The notes under the pieces are model-generated. The model worked only from the letters and a program-made list of their open reading frames with translations. It did not search any database and was not told the origin of the DNA. Positions 1 through 10,501 of a stretch of DNA of 64,000 nucleotides are shown one piece after another. This DNA is from Podarcis liolepis (taxonomy: Eukaryota). Numbering within the stretch: position 1 is the stretch's first letter; every line of letters begins with the position of its first letter. The stretch is taken from assembly GCA_965112155.1 (NCBI GenBank), contig OZ218098.1; one strand, 5' to 3'. A program made the position numbers and the translations under genes.

Positions 1-1030
1 AGAAGTGGAGCTTCAATGTCCTGAGCAGGTGACTGCCTCTCTCCATGGTGCTTATTCAGCTTCAACCCTTCTCCATCTTTCAGTGCCCATTGACTACTCT
101 TATTCATGGCTGCATGTGACTGCTGCTCCAAAATCTGTAAAAATGCAATGGTTTATAATCAATTAATGATGTGCATTAGTTATCGTGAGACTAGCATTTG
201 GGTTTCTTTGGTACCTTATCAAGCTCCTCATCCCCTCTTTTCTTTGCACAGAAGTTACACATCCTGTACTTGTGATGTTGTGTCAGCTATGGCATATATC
301 TAGCAAATATCTAGTTTGTCTCATGGTTCAACAAAGTGCCAGCTCAAGGGTCTGCTGTCAGTTTGCCCCTAGTTTTGTTGCAATCTGAAAAATATAGTCT
401 CAACAGAGCTGTATGGTGTGATTCTTCAGAATGTGTAGATTGGCTCATACTTAGCCAGAGCCCGCAAAATTACAAAGCTGATTTATGGAGGCATTTTTGA
501 CATGTACTAATAAATGACAAATGGACTGTTTACTCTTCTTGATCTGTTGAACTCAGGACACATCATGATGTTTCCCATGGCAAGGAAAACGTATAATGCA
601 TCATCTCTATGGCTATAGCTGTGTGTGTGAACAACACTTTGGGGACATTGTCAAAACCAGATGATGCAGATTACCCACTCTAATCTGAATGTGGGATTAC
701 ATAATGCTGAGCACACATTCCAAATGGGAAACAGCTCAGAGTTGACTTTGCACAGCTCTGCAACCCAACGTACATACTCCTGAATAAAGAGGAAAGTGCA
801 ACTTGGAAGCTGTAAGTGATTCTGTGGAAATGGCCAAAGAGTAGAGATGGTGATGAGGTAGAAATGCAGGGGGTGGCAAAGCAGACAGGATGTGTGGTAG
901 AGCTGGGGGACGCCCAGGTTGGCATGCAGTATTTGCACCAGAAGGCTCTTCCTGGTTTCTGCTTCTTTGCTGTGCTTATGAGAACAGTGCCCATTTGCAG
1001 TCCTTCCATTTCCTTAGCCTTACTAAAGTA

Positions 1031-1226
1031 CAGTGGTACATCGGGTTAAGTCCGTGGTCTGTTCTTAACCTGAAGCACCACTTTAGCTAATGGGGCCTCC
1101 TGCTGTCGCTGCGCCGCTGGAGCATGATTTCTGTTCTCATCCTGAAGCAAAGTTCTTAACCTGAGGTACTATTTCTGGGTTAGCGGAGTCTGTAACCTGA
1201 AGCGTATGTAACCCGAAGTACCACTG
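1031..1226. mobile_element. Tc1/mariner-superfamily (Tigger/pogo-like) MITE
   Basis: TIRs CAGTGGTAC...GTACCACTG flanked by TA on both sides. Homologous, in inverted orientation, to 47077-47317. Confidence 0.85.
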
Positions 1227-3461
1227 TATGATGACCCTTCTGCATTTCCAATCAGCACTCACTGGTATTCAGGATTCCACTAAGTGCAAGATAGGTCTTA
1301 TATATGTCTGATATATGGTATGAGGTTAGGCCTCTGGATACCTGCTGCTAAGGAGCAAGATCAAGGCAGGGCTGTTGCTGTTTTGGGTTTCACATAGGCA
1401 TCAGGTTGGTCGCTGTGGGAAACAGAACACTGAATTAGATGGACCTTTGGTCTGATCCAGCAAGGCTCTCCCTATGTTATGAAGAGGTTGCATGTTTTTG
1501 TACCACACCCCATTACACAAGGGATGCCTCATTCTAGAGCTATTGCCAGTATGATGCAGAGCAGAAGCAGTTCATGACGGGATCATAATGGATGACTATG
1601 AAGACAGGACAAATAGAAAGTGCAGCGCTGCCTGTGTGGTCTCATTCACAAGCACAGTCATTGCCTTCAAAGTTCATGGGTGGTGCACATGGATTCCTTA
1701 AACCCTGTGCTTTATAACTTCCTCTCTGGACATGTACCCAGGTCACTGAGTTGGGTTGAACCATTGCTGGAAATCCCCTGGCTGCCTCAGCTTCTCTAGT
1801 GACTCATTTTCTTCATTTTGATTCCTTCAGAACTTGCTGAGAATGGCAGAAGATGAGCCAGGCAGTAAGGAGCCTTTTTGTGCCCTCTTATCCAAGAAGA
1901 TAGGCAGAGATCCAAGTGGGGAAATCCCCTGTAAGATCTGTTAGCTCCACTATCTGGGACTCTGAACAGGCTGACAGCCTTCTGAATTTTAAGTGTTGCG
2001 GTGCTGAGGTTTCCCCTGAAATAAGCTGCTATTTTATATACCACCATCAGGTATCACACACTGTTAAGCCGCCTGCCACTAGACAAAAAATGGACAATAA
2101 TGAAACACTGGGCACAGCAGATTAATGTTATTCTTTGCCTTCGTGGTATCAATCCATGCCTTCCTAGCCCATAGCCCTATCTTAGATACCCAAAATGCAT
2201 TGCATTGCATGTTGCAGACTGAAAAAGTTGAATGTGTCTTTGATGGGTAGTAAATATGAAGGAGGAAAACGTTCAGGAGTTGATGCACAAGGAAGCATGT
2301 GGGCTACACCAAGTGCCTGAGCACAGGGAGCCTCACCAAACCCCCTCTCTGGCCTTTGAAATTTAGCAGAAACATGGCATATTTTCAAGTTCTTCTTTAT
2401 GACCATGAAAGCAGCAAAATTGTTCTTTTTAGAAATGAACATTGAGATTACAGTATCTGGATGTTCCATGTGACTGCATCTGACATGAAACAGGTTTGTA
2501 AGTTTCTCCCAGGAGAATTGAAGCCCCTTGGATTCTAGGGTGAGGAGATTCCTGGGACTAGCCTCCCCAAAAAGTTGACAACAGACACATTCTGAAGTGT
2601 GATGAGTAAAACCCCTGCACTGAGAATCATCTGGTAAACCAAGGAGGAAAGCTGGCATAAACCCAGAGCTTGTTTACTGGCCTTTATCATTTTTCAAGGC
2701 CAGTCAGCTGTTTCCTCGCAAGAAAGATGTTTCCCCTGTTTCTCTGGATTGTGCTGTTCCCTACCCCAGAACAAGCAACATTTCTAGAATTCATTAAGTT
2801 GTATCCAACTTAAGTAATACACAGGGTGGACCTATTGAGAACAGTTATTATTTATGCATAAATTAAGTCAATTGATTTCAATTGGTCTGCTCTTGGGTAT
2901 GACTTGGTAAAATGCAACCTACTGTATTTTATGGACTTGTTTAGCACTATGGACCATTCTGCATAGAATAAAGTGATAGTGAGATGACCTGTTCTTAGAC
3001 TATACCATGTCAGACTGTAGATAAGAGTATTTATTTTTATTTTTTAAAACCCACTCTGTCTATAGAAAACAAGCATGGCTGAAGAAGAGATTTAGTGTAA
3101 CCCTTTCCTTAAGGTTACTACATTCAGGGAATTAAAAGAAAATATGGGGAAGTATTCAAAGATATATATGACCCACCCCCCTCTTACTTGTAGTCTGAAG
3201 TACAGCCCAGAATTCTACAACCCCAGGTCTCCCATTCTATTCTGTGTAGAATAGTTCCCAGTGTGTAGAACAGCTTCCCAGTGACAAGTGAAGATCAAGC
3301 TGCCCTGGCCTAAGGGGGAAAACAAGTCTCAAGTTATGTCAGAGTAATTCGCTAAAAGGCCACCTAAAAGTCAACTGGTGGTGATTTTTTTTTGGGAGGG
3401 GAGGGGGAGTCATGTGAAACAGCTGTCAGATTGAGAAAGTGGCAGCTAGGAAAATATATAG

Positions 3462-4412
3462 CAACAACAACACCTTTATTGTCATTGTACAACTTGTGTA
3501 AAATGAAATTAAACAAGCCTCCCCCCAAAAAAAACACTCAATCTCTTTTCGAACAACACACCACCTCGCAAGTCAATTTCGCTGTTATTTTCCATTCAAC
3601 AGCCTAACAGTCCACGGATAGAAGCTATTTTTTAGCCTATTGGTACGGCTGGTTAAATATACTTATATATCTCCTGCCTGAGGGTAGAAGATTAAAGAGG
3701 TGATAGCTGGGGTGTGAGTCATCCCTGAGAATTTTTTTTGCTCTCCTAAGGCAACGATCCCTTGCAATGTCATCTAGCGGACTCAAGGGACAGCCCATGA
3801 TATGTGCTGTATTCACCACCCTCTGTAGAGACTTTCTGTCCGTGGCTGTCAGGCCAGCATACCACACTGTGTTACAATATGAAAGGACACTTTCTATTGT
3901 GGACCAGTAAAAGGAGTTAATCAATTGTTGTTTAACATTATTCTTTCGCAAGACCCTGAGGAAATGGAGTCTTTGTTGGGCCTTTCTGACCATCTGAGTT
4001 ATGTTGATTTTCCAAGTGAGGTCCTCACTAAGGTAAACTCCCAGGAATTTAAAGGAGGAGACACTCTCCACACAGCCCCCCTCGATATACACTGGGGCAG
4101 GTTCCCCTCTCTTCCTCCGGAAGTCCAACACCATCTCCTTTGTCTTACTAATATTTAGGTGCAAGTTATTCTCTAAGCACCATGTAGATACTTTTTGAAC
4201 CTCCCCCCTGTACGCTGTTTCATCTCCGCCTGCAATTAGGCCCATTATGGTAGTATCATCTGCAAACTTAATAATTACTGTGAATGGATCAGATTATATG
4301 CAGTCATATGGGTACAATGAGTACAGGTAGGGACTTAGCACACATCCCTGTGGGGTGCCAGTGCTAAGCTTCAGGGAGGTAGATGTAACAGTCCCAATCC
4401 TCACCGTTTGTG
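3462..4412 (-). mobile_element. 5'-truncated, decayed Rex1/Babar-clade non-LTR retrotransposon (reverse transcriptase C-terminal half plus 3' UTR)
   Basis: Minus strand reads STGTPQGCVLSPYLYSLY...IIKFADDTTIMGLI...WCLENNLHLNISKTKEMVLDFR...FKFLGV...KAQQRLHFLRVL...LLPSGRRY, then after a frameshift TSRTNRLKNSFYPWTVRLLN. There is one premature TAA near 4294. The 3' end is ...CAATGACAATAAAGG(TGT)n. Confidence 0.9.
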
Positions 4413-5376
4413 TGGATGCCGGTTCTGTATATACCAGAAGTAATTTCATTGGCTAAGCACAATGCAGAGTTGGAGGGTCCTTTGGTGTAAGCCAGCATAG
4501 CAATTCCTATGTATTTAAGCTGAGGACAAACCACAGGCAATGAGTGCTTTTTGCCTTGTTAGTGAGTATTCCCAGGGCATCTGGTTTGCTATTGTTACAG
4601 ACAGCAAATGTGCTTTTTAGTCTGACCTAGCACAGCAGATGTTTTTGTTGTAGTAGTTAGGTATTTTATAACTTTTGTAATCCATTCTTCACCTAAAGGG
4701 CCCAGAGCACAGAATACATATTAAAACAATACAAAAATATATATAATTCAAAGTACAGTAAAGTCACAAAGTAGGAGCAGAAACAATATGCACTTAGGAT
4801 GCTCCTCAGAGAATGAGGTTTACGCTTATTCCTGGGACTTTAGCTAGGATTTACATCAGTCATCCATATTCCTTGAAAATACATACTGTCAAACTTTGAA
4901 TACAATAAAGTGTTTTTTTAATTACTTATAAGAGCATCTGTATTGTAAAATACTCAACCCCAATGCTTTTTAAAGTTGGCTTTGCATCCATTTAGAAGAC
5001 TGAATTCTATTCTGCCTCCTTTTTCTCATTAGATCAGTGTAAGTTATTTGAGTGTCACCTACTCTAAAACCTCAAGGCATTGCTATGAACAAAATAGGAA
5101 ATAAAGCCCATAAATATGATGGACTTAAAAAGGAACATCAATAACCCAACCCAAAGCTATGTAGGGGGAACCTCCCTGTCCAAAACAACAACCCCAATAA
5201 AGAACAATTGTCAACTGGAAGATGTGGACTCAAAACCCCTAATAACTGTGCCACTATTAAAACTAATAAAATTGCAACAAATTTACTAAAAATCAGAGGG
5301 GAAATTTAAAAAAGTCTTCTTGTTTCTAGACTGGTTTTGCATAGACACCTGGGTTCAGTGGATAATTTTATCATTT

Positions 5377-5810
5377 TGGGGCTTTCCCAGATGGTTGCTA
5401 TTTGCAGGTGAGATTCAATCACCTGCTGGCAAATTAAGGTTGCACAATTAATGCTGATTGGAAGGTCTTACGCAACAAACCTGCTTCCGCAAAAGACAGA
5501 CTTTTTGAGAGAAGGAAAGTGATAGAAAAATGCACTGGGACATGGGCGTAGCCAAGGGGTGTAGCCCGTCCCCCCAAATCCTCAAAAAGTATTGAAAAGC
5601 AATGAAAATACTCAATTAACTGAGGTTCTGCTCCCCCCACCCAGCAGAAGCCTGACCCCCAAACAAAAGCCATCTCCCAACAAAAATCTCAGCTGGCTAC
5701 GCCCATGCACTGGGAGCTGTGGAATAACACTTGCCTTGATGCTACATTGTCTAGCTTCCCTGCATAAGATCAGAATGAATGCTCATTTAATAGCCAACAT
5801 CATCTAAACT
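5377..5810. repeat. Interspersed repeat (unclassified, probably a non-autonomous DNA element); host of the 5541-5707 MITE
   Basis: Aligns in reverse complement with ~59675-59950 on both sides of the MITE. Boundaries approximate. Confidence 0.7.
5541..5707. mobile_element. hAT-type MITE nested in an older repeat
   Basis: Perfect 14-bp TIR CATGGGCGTAGCCA / TGGCTACGCCCATG and perfect 8-bp TSD CACTGGGA (5533-5540, 5708-5715). Confidence 0.9.
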
Positions 5811-5949
5811 CCCTGCAAACAAATCAGGATTAATGCTCAATGAAAATGTCCCCTGGAAAACACCCAATATCGTTGATGCCTATCCTAGGCCTAACCATTT
5901 CTATGTAGCTAGAGTGTTTTTCCTTTTCTTTTCCCTCCAACCTCTCCAG

Positions 5950-6170
5950 GGCAGTGGGCAGCCCATTGGTCATGGATCCCAACAGCATCTGCCGGAAGAC
6001 CAAGCGGCTGGCTGGGAAGCAGGCTGAGCTGTGCCAGACGGAGCCTGAGATCATGCAGGAGGTAGCCAAGGGGGCCAGGCTGGGCGTGCGGGAGTGCCAG
6101 TACCAATTCCGCTTTCGTCGCTGGAACTGCACCAGCCACAGCAAATATTTCGGCAAGATCCTACAGCAGG
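5950..6170 (+). CDS. WNT6: Wnt-6, coding exon 2 (exon 1 not found in window)
   Basis: Pyrimidine tract plus CAG acceptor ending 5949, and donor G|GTGAGC at 6171. Translates (W)AVGSPLVMDPNSICRKTKRLAGKQAELCQ...ECQYQFRFRRWNC...ILQQ, the Wnt6 N-terminal domain. 221 nt, phase compatible with the next exon. Confidence 0.97.
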
Positions 6171-8559
6171 GTGAGCTGTTGTTTGGGGAGGCAATTTCTC
6201 CCTTTGGGATTTTCCCAGAGACTAGAAGGCAGGTCTAGCTCTACCACTGGGCAAAGCGATGCAGAATCAGCAGAAATGCTTTTCTGTCTGGCCACATCCA
6301 CACCTTACATCTAAGGCAGTATCCTACTAAGCAGTCATGGCTTCCCCAAAAGAATCCTGGGAAGTGCAGTTTATTAAAAGTGCTGACCACACAAAGCTGC
6401 GGTTCCCAGAGCTCTTAACAAACTGCAGTTCCCATAATTCTCTATGATAGTTAAAGTGGAATAGGAGACCTGGTGTGTGTGTGACCTTCTGTCTATGCCT
6501 GAATGCTGAAGTGTATCCATGAAGAGAAGCATCCCCTGCCCCGCTGTGATATGCTGAAAAGTGCTGAGGCCTCCAGACAGCAACCATATTTTTCAGTCAG
6601 CCTGCAAAAACCTCACACATCACCAGCTCCAACTTTGTGTGTACACAGAAAATATGTCAAGGTTGTGAAGTAGTCTGCATTCTGTTGCCACATGCATTTC
6701 ATAATTTGCATGAAACGTACATGTCTCTGCAGCTGTTGCATGTGATGATACACACAAGGGTTTCAAATCATTTCCAGCACTGAAGTGCTTTCCATGTTGG
6801 AAAATATTGGGAAGAAACCTTTATATGCTACAAGCCCTACAACTAATTTCATTTATATCATTTATAAGGGAAGAAGGGTTATCCATTTTTCTGAAGGGCT
6901 GCAACATGGTTGATTAATTGATTGAAACCTTTTTGATCAATTAAAAATGTTCCTCCAGGCAGCAGATATTTAAAAACAAATTGTAATTATTTTAATTGCT
7001 AGGTACTTACAAAAACCACAGTAGCAGGCTCTTCTCAGAAGCAGCTCCCCTTTTCTCATCCAAAGCAAGAAATGGCTCTTTTAAGATGCCTGTTGTGACA
7101 TGTGCATAGATCACTGAAAGGCAAAGGAAATATGCATTTTATGTATAGCTACCGATTTATTCATATGCAAATGCACACAAATTTAAGTGATTGATTTACT
7201 AAGATTTCTTTAATCTGGGGACAGTCCTCAAAATGAAACTGGGTGTTGCCTTTCATTGCTTTGCGCATGAAATCAAGGCCAATCATGGAAAAAACAACAC
7301 TTTCCCTGTCCAAATATTTTCTGCACTGTGGCTGGATGCAATAGCCAGTGTGGTACAGGAATTAGATGTTGGACTAGGACCTTTCTGGGAGCAGAAGGAT
7401 CTGATACATTTTCCAAGGTGGGGGGGGGGTTGCTTTGTGTCTCCCCCTCCTCTCGCTCCCACAGAAGGCACAGGACAACACCGCATTAGAGTATGTGAGG
7501 CAAGGGAATTGCTGGGTCCTCAGGGCGGCACAGGTTATTGCTACAGGCCGAAGGTTTACTGCTATGACATGTCTCACTGTCCTTGTAATGAAGCAATTAT
7601 GGGTGCTCCCAGACAATACAGCAGCTTTTAATAAAGCCCAAGAATGTATCCGTGTCTGGGAGTGATTTACTGCCCCCCCATTCCGCCCCCCTCCCATTAG
7701 ACTGTGCTCCTACATGTCCTTATAGCTTCCTCCAGGCTTCCCAGCAACCTGACAGAATAGGGGCCTGGGCAATAAATAACACCCCCCCCCCCAGGAAGCC
7801 CCCTTGCCACAATACTGGATGGTGTATTTTTTTCCAACCCTGCCCCAAATGTAAGAGGACAGGCAGGTCAAAAGGACAGGGCAGGATCCTGGTGCACTGC
7901 CCTAGGGCCAGCAACAGGCACACTATGGGCACGACTAATGTTGTCAGGCTCATAAAAAGGGTTCGTAAAAATAAGAGCCACCTTTTTGAGGAAAATTTCA
8001 TGTGACGTTTTGAACACCAACTTGGGAGGTCATTGTTATAAATTTCTATCTACTGGAATACAAAACAAGTGGCTCTACACATCCCACTCCCAATACCTGC
8101 AAAAGTTTCAGGGTGGACATACTGCTCATATCCCATAACTTCCTACTGAAATCCTATAACTTTAAACCACAAAGTTACTCATGCTGTTGTTTTTCTTGAT
8201 TTTGTTGTCCCCTTTCAGATGGCAATAATACAGTAATACTGGGGAAGCATTGCAATGCAACTAACAAAGCAGAATGGTACAAGGATGGTCCAATATAAAC
8301 CCACCACCAATGCACTATTATTGTATTAATAACATGTTGCAAAATGCATCCCCCCCAAACCCCCACCACCCTCACCAGTCTATAGGGGCTTGTACACAGT
8401 GGCTAACATTTCTATTGAGAGCACATGCAGACGATGACAATATTTCCCTTAGATATTTGATCTTCAGAGCCCTTTCCAGCCAGAGCAGAAGCCCATCAGG
8501 CTTCTAACCTAACTTCCAAAGTACGAAAGTAAAGGAATGGAAGGCTCTTTCCCTTGTCG

Positions 8560-9610
8560 GTCATTTCACTCCCTAATTAGCGAGCTGCGGCATTGTGTTT
8601 CCACCCGCGCTTCTCCCTTGGACATTTAGATGTCTTAAGGCGACGATTAGAGTCCAAGAGACTAAGCAAGTGAACCTTGGTGGCGGCGGAGCATGGATAG
8701 AAACAGGATCGGGGGTGGTGTTGCTTGTGCAACGCAAGAAAGTATGCGCGAAGATGCTGCGGGCAAAATGCATGGGAGCTTGTTGCTGCCGAGCCGGGTA
8801 GCCGGCCGGCCACGTAAAGGAATGCCCTCCTGCAACGCAGAGAGAGAAGCCCACCCGTTTTCATCCCGTCCTCCCTCCGTGTCCTTCGCTCCTGGTATCT
8901 CAGCCCGGCGGGCCGCTCCGGGTTTGTAACAAGCCGGGCGACTACTGGCAAAGTGAGAGGAGGAGGGCGGGCGGGCGGGAGAGACTGAGCCCCCGGCGGG
9001 TGCGGCGCCTGGTGCCGGAGCAAGCAAAAGGAGAATCCCCCTTTGGCTGTGGCAGGTCCCGGCATGGCGAGGGATGCCTGGAACTCGTGTCCCGCGGCGG
9101 AGGGGCGACTGGCGCCCCGCTGTCAATAAGAATCCAGGTTATTGGGGTGGAGGAGGAGGAGAGCGGGGGGCATTCCAACCTGGCCTTGCCCTCCTGGTTG
9201 CCGGGCTCGGGCAGCAAAGCAATTCCTTATTGGAGTAGATTGATTTTTCCACCCGCCGCGTTTTCCGACGGGCTGCTGAGCAAGAAGAGCTCAACCGGGG
9301 CCGTGCAATTCTCGTCCGTAGCTGCCGCGCATTTTTCGCTGAGATTTGCGCGGGGTAATCTCCCGCTGGACTGTGCCGGGTGAGGCAACTATGACCGCCT
9401 CCCGCTCTGCCGCCCTTTGCATGGCACCCCAAGCTGCTGCCTCACTCGGGTTAAAAACAAACGAACAAAAACAGCCCGTGGTCGCCACTCGAGCAGCAGC
9501 CTCTTGTCCAGGCCGCCAGCCCTCGTGTCACCTCGGCGGGGAAAGCTGCAGTACTTCCTTCCTGTATAGTCCAGTCCCACGCAGCCGTAGGCAGACATTT
9601 AAAGCACATC
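8560..9610. promoter_or_regulatory. Intragenic CpG island in WNT6 intron 2
   Basis: ~1 kb GC-rich and CpG-dense (e.g. GGGCGGGCGGGCGGG GC boxes near 8965-8980) against a CpG-depleted background; overlaps no coding exon. Boundaries approximate. Confidence 0.85.
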
Positions 9611-10199
9611 GCTCCAAAGAATCCTGGGGACTGTAGTTTACCTTTTACGGAGCTACAGTTCCTAAAACCCTTAATAAATTACAATTCCCAGTATTTATTG
9701 GGGGGTGGGGAAGTGTGTTCACTAGTTTAAAAATGTCACCAGCGGGCCTGCTGATTACAGTGGGCCTTACTCCCAGCATAAGGCTGCAACGTTAGACTTA
9801 GATAGATAGCTGGAGTTTGAAATTAATATTGGAGGCCGAGATAGGCCTCTTTGGGTGATAGCTGACTGGAGACAGGGCCAAGAGGTTCTTAAGCCTGGCA
9901 ACTTAGTTCTACTAAGGAGCAGAGTTTACTTTCTCTCACCCTACTTTAAAAATGTGTTTAACAACGGGGAGGCAGAAACTGAACAGGTGCACCCACCCCA
10001 CCTGGAACTGCAGTGGGGGGAATCTTCACTGGTTGGATTTCTGCTTGTTATGGTTTTTTTAAAGGCGGTGCTTTTTGCCAGACTTACCCCTGGCAGGCCC
10101 ATGAACTAGTGGCTTGTTTGTTTGTTTAAACCTGACTCCATTTGATGTTCTCCATTTCTTTCTTCTTCCCCTGCTCTGTCCTCTCACTCTCTTACACAG

Positions 10200-10501
10200 A
10201 TATCCGGGAGACAGCCTTTGTCTATGCCATCACAGCGGCCGGCGTGAGCCATGCCGTCACCCAGGCCTGCAGCATGGGCGAGTTGCTGCCATGTGGTTGT
10301 GAGGCGACTCGGAGCCGGTCCCCTCCTCTGCCCCCTGCCATCACAGGGTCAGAGGGCTCTGCTTGGGAGTGGGGCGGCTGCGGGGATGACGTTGACTTTG
10401 GCTATGAGAAATCCCGCCAGTTCATGGACGCTAAGCGCAAGCGTGGCAAGAGCGACATTCGAACTCTCATTGACCTGCACAACAACGAAGCAGGACGCCT
10501 G
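10200..10501 (+). CDS. WNT6: Wnt-6, coding exon 3
   Basis: Acceptor ...cttacacag ending 10199, donor CTG|GTAAGG at 10502. Translates DIRETAFVYAITAAGVSHAVTQACSMGELLPCGC...WEWGGCGDDVDFG...LHNNEAGRL. 302 nt keeps frame. Confidence 0.97.

Noticed and set aside
1-5949. WNT6 exon 1
   Set aside because: No CpG island or signal-peptide exon ending in a phase-2 donor was found; it is presumably upstream of the window.
8573-9636. Cluster of 60-160 aa ORFs; considered as a missing WNT6 exon or a nested gene
   Set aside because: GC-rich artefacts with no signal peptide or Wnt similarity. Exons 2 and 3 already join in frame (Q-Q-D-I-R-E).
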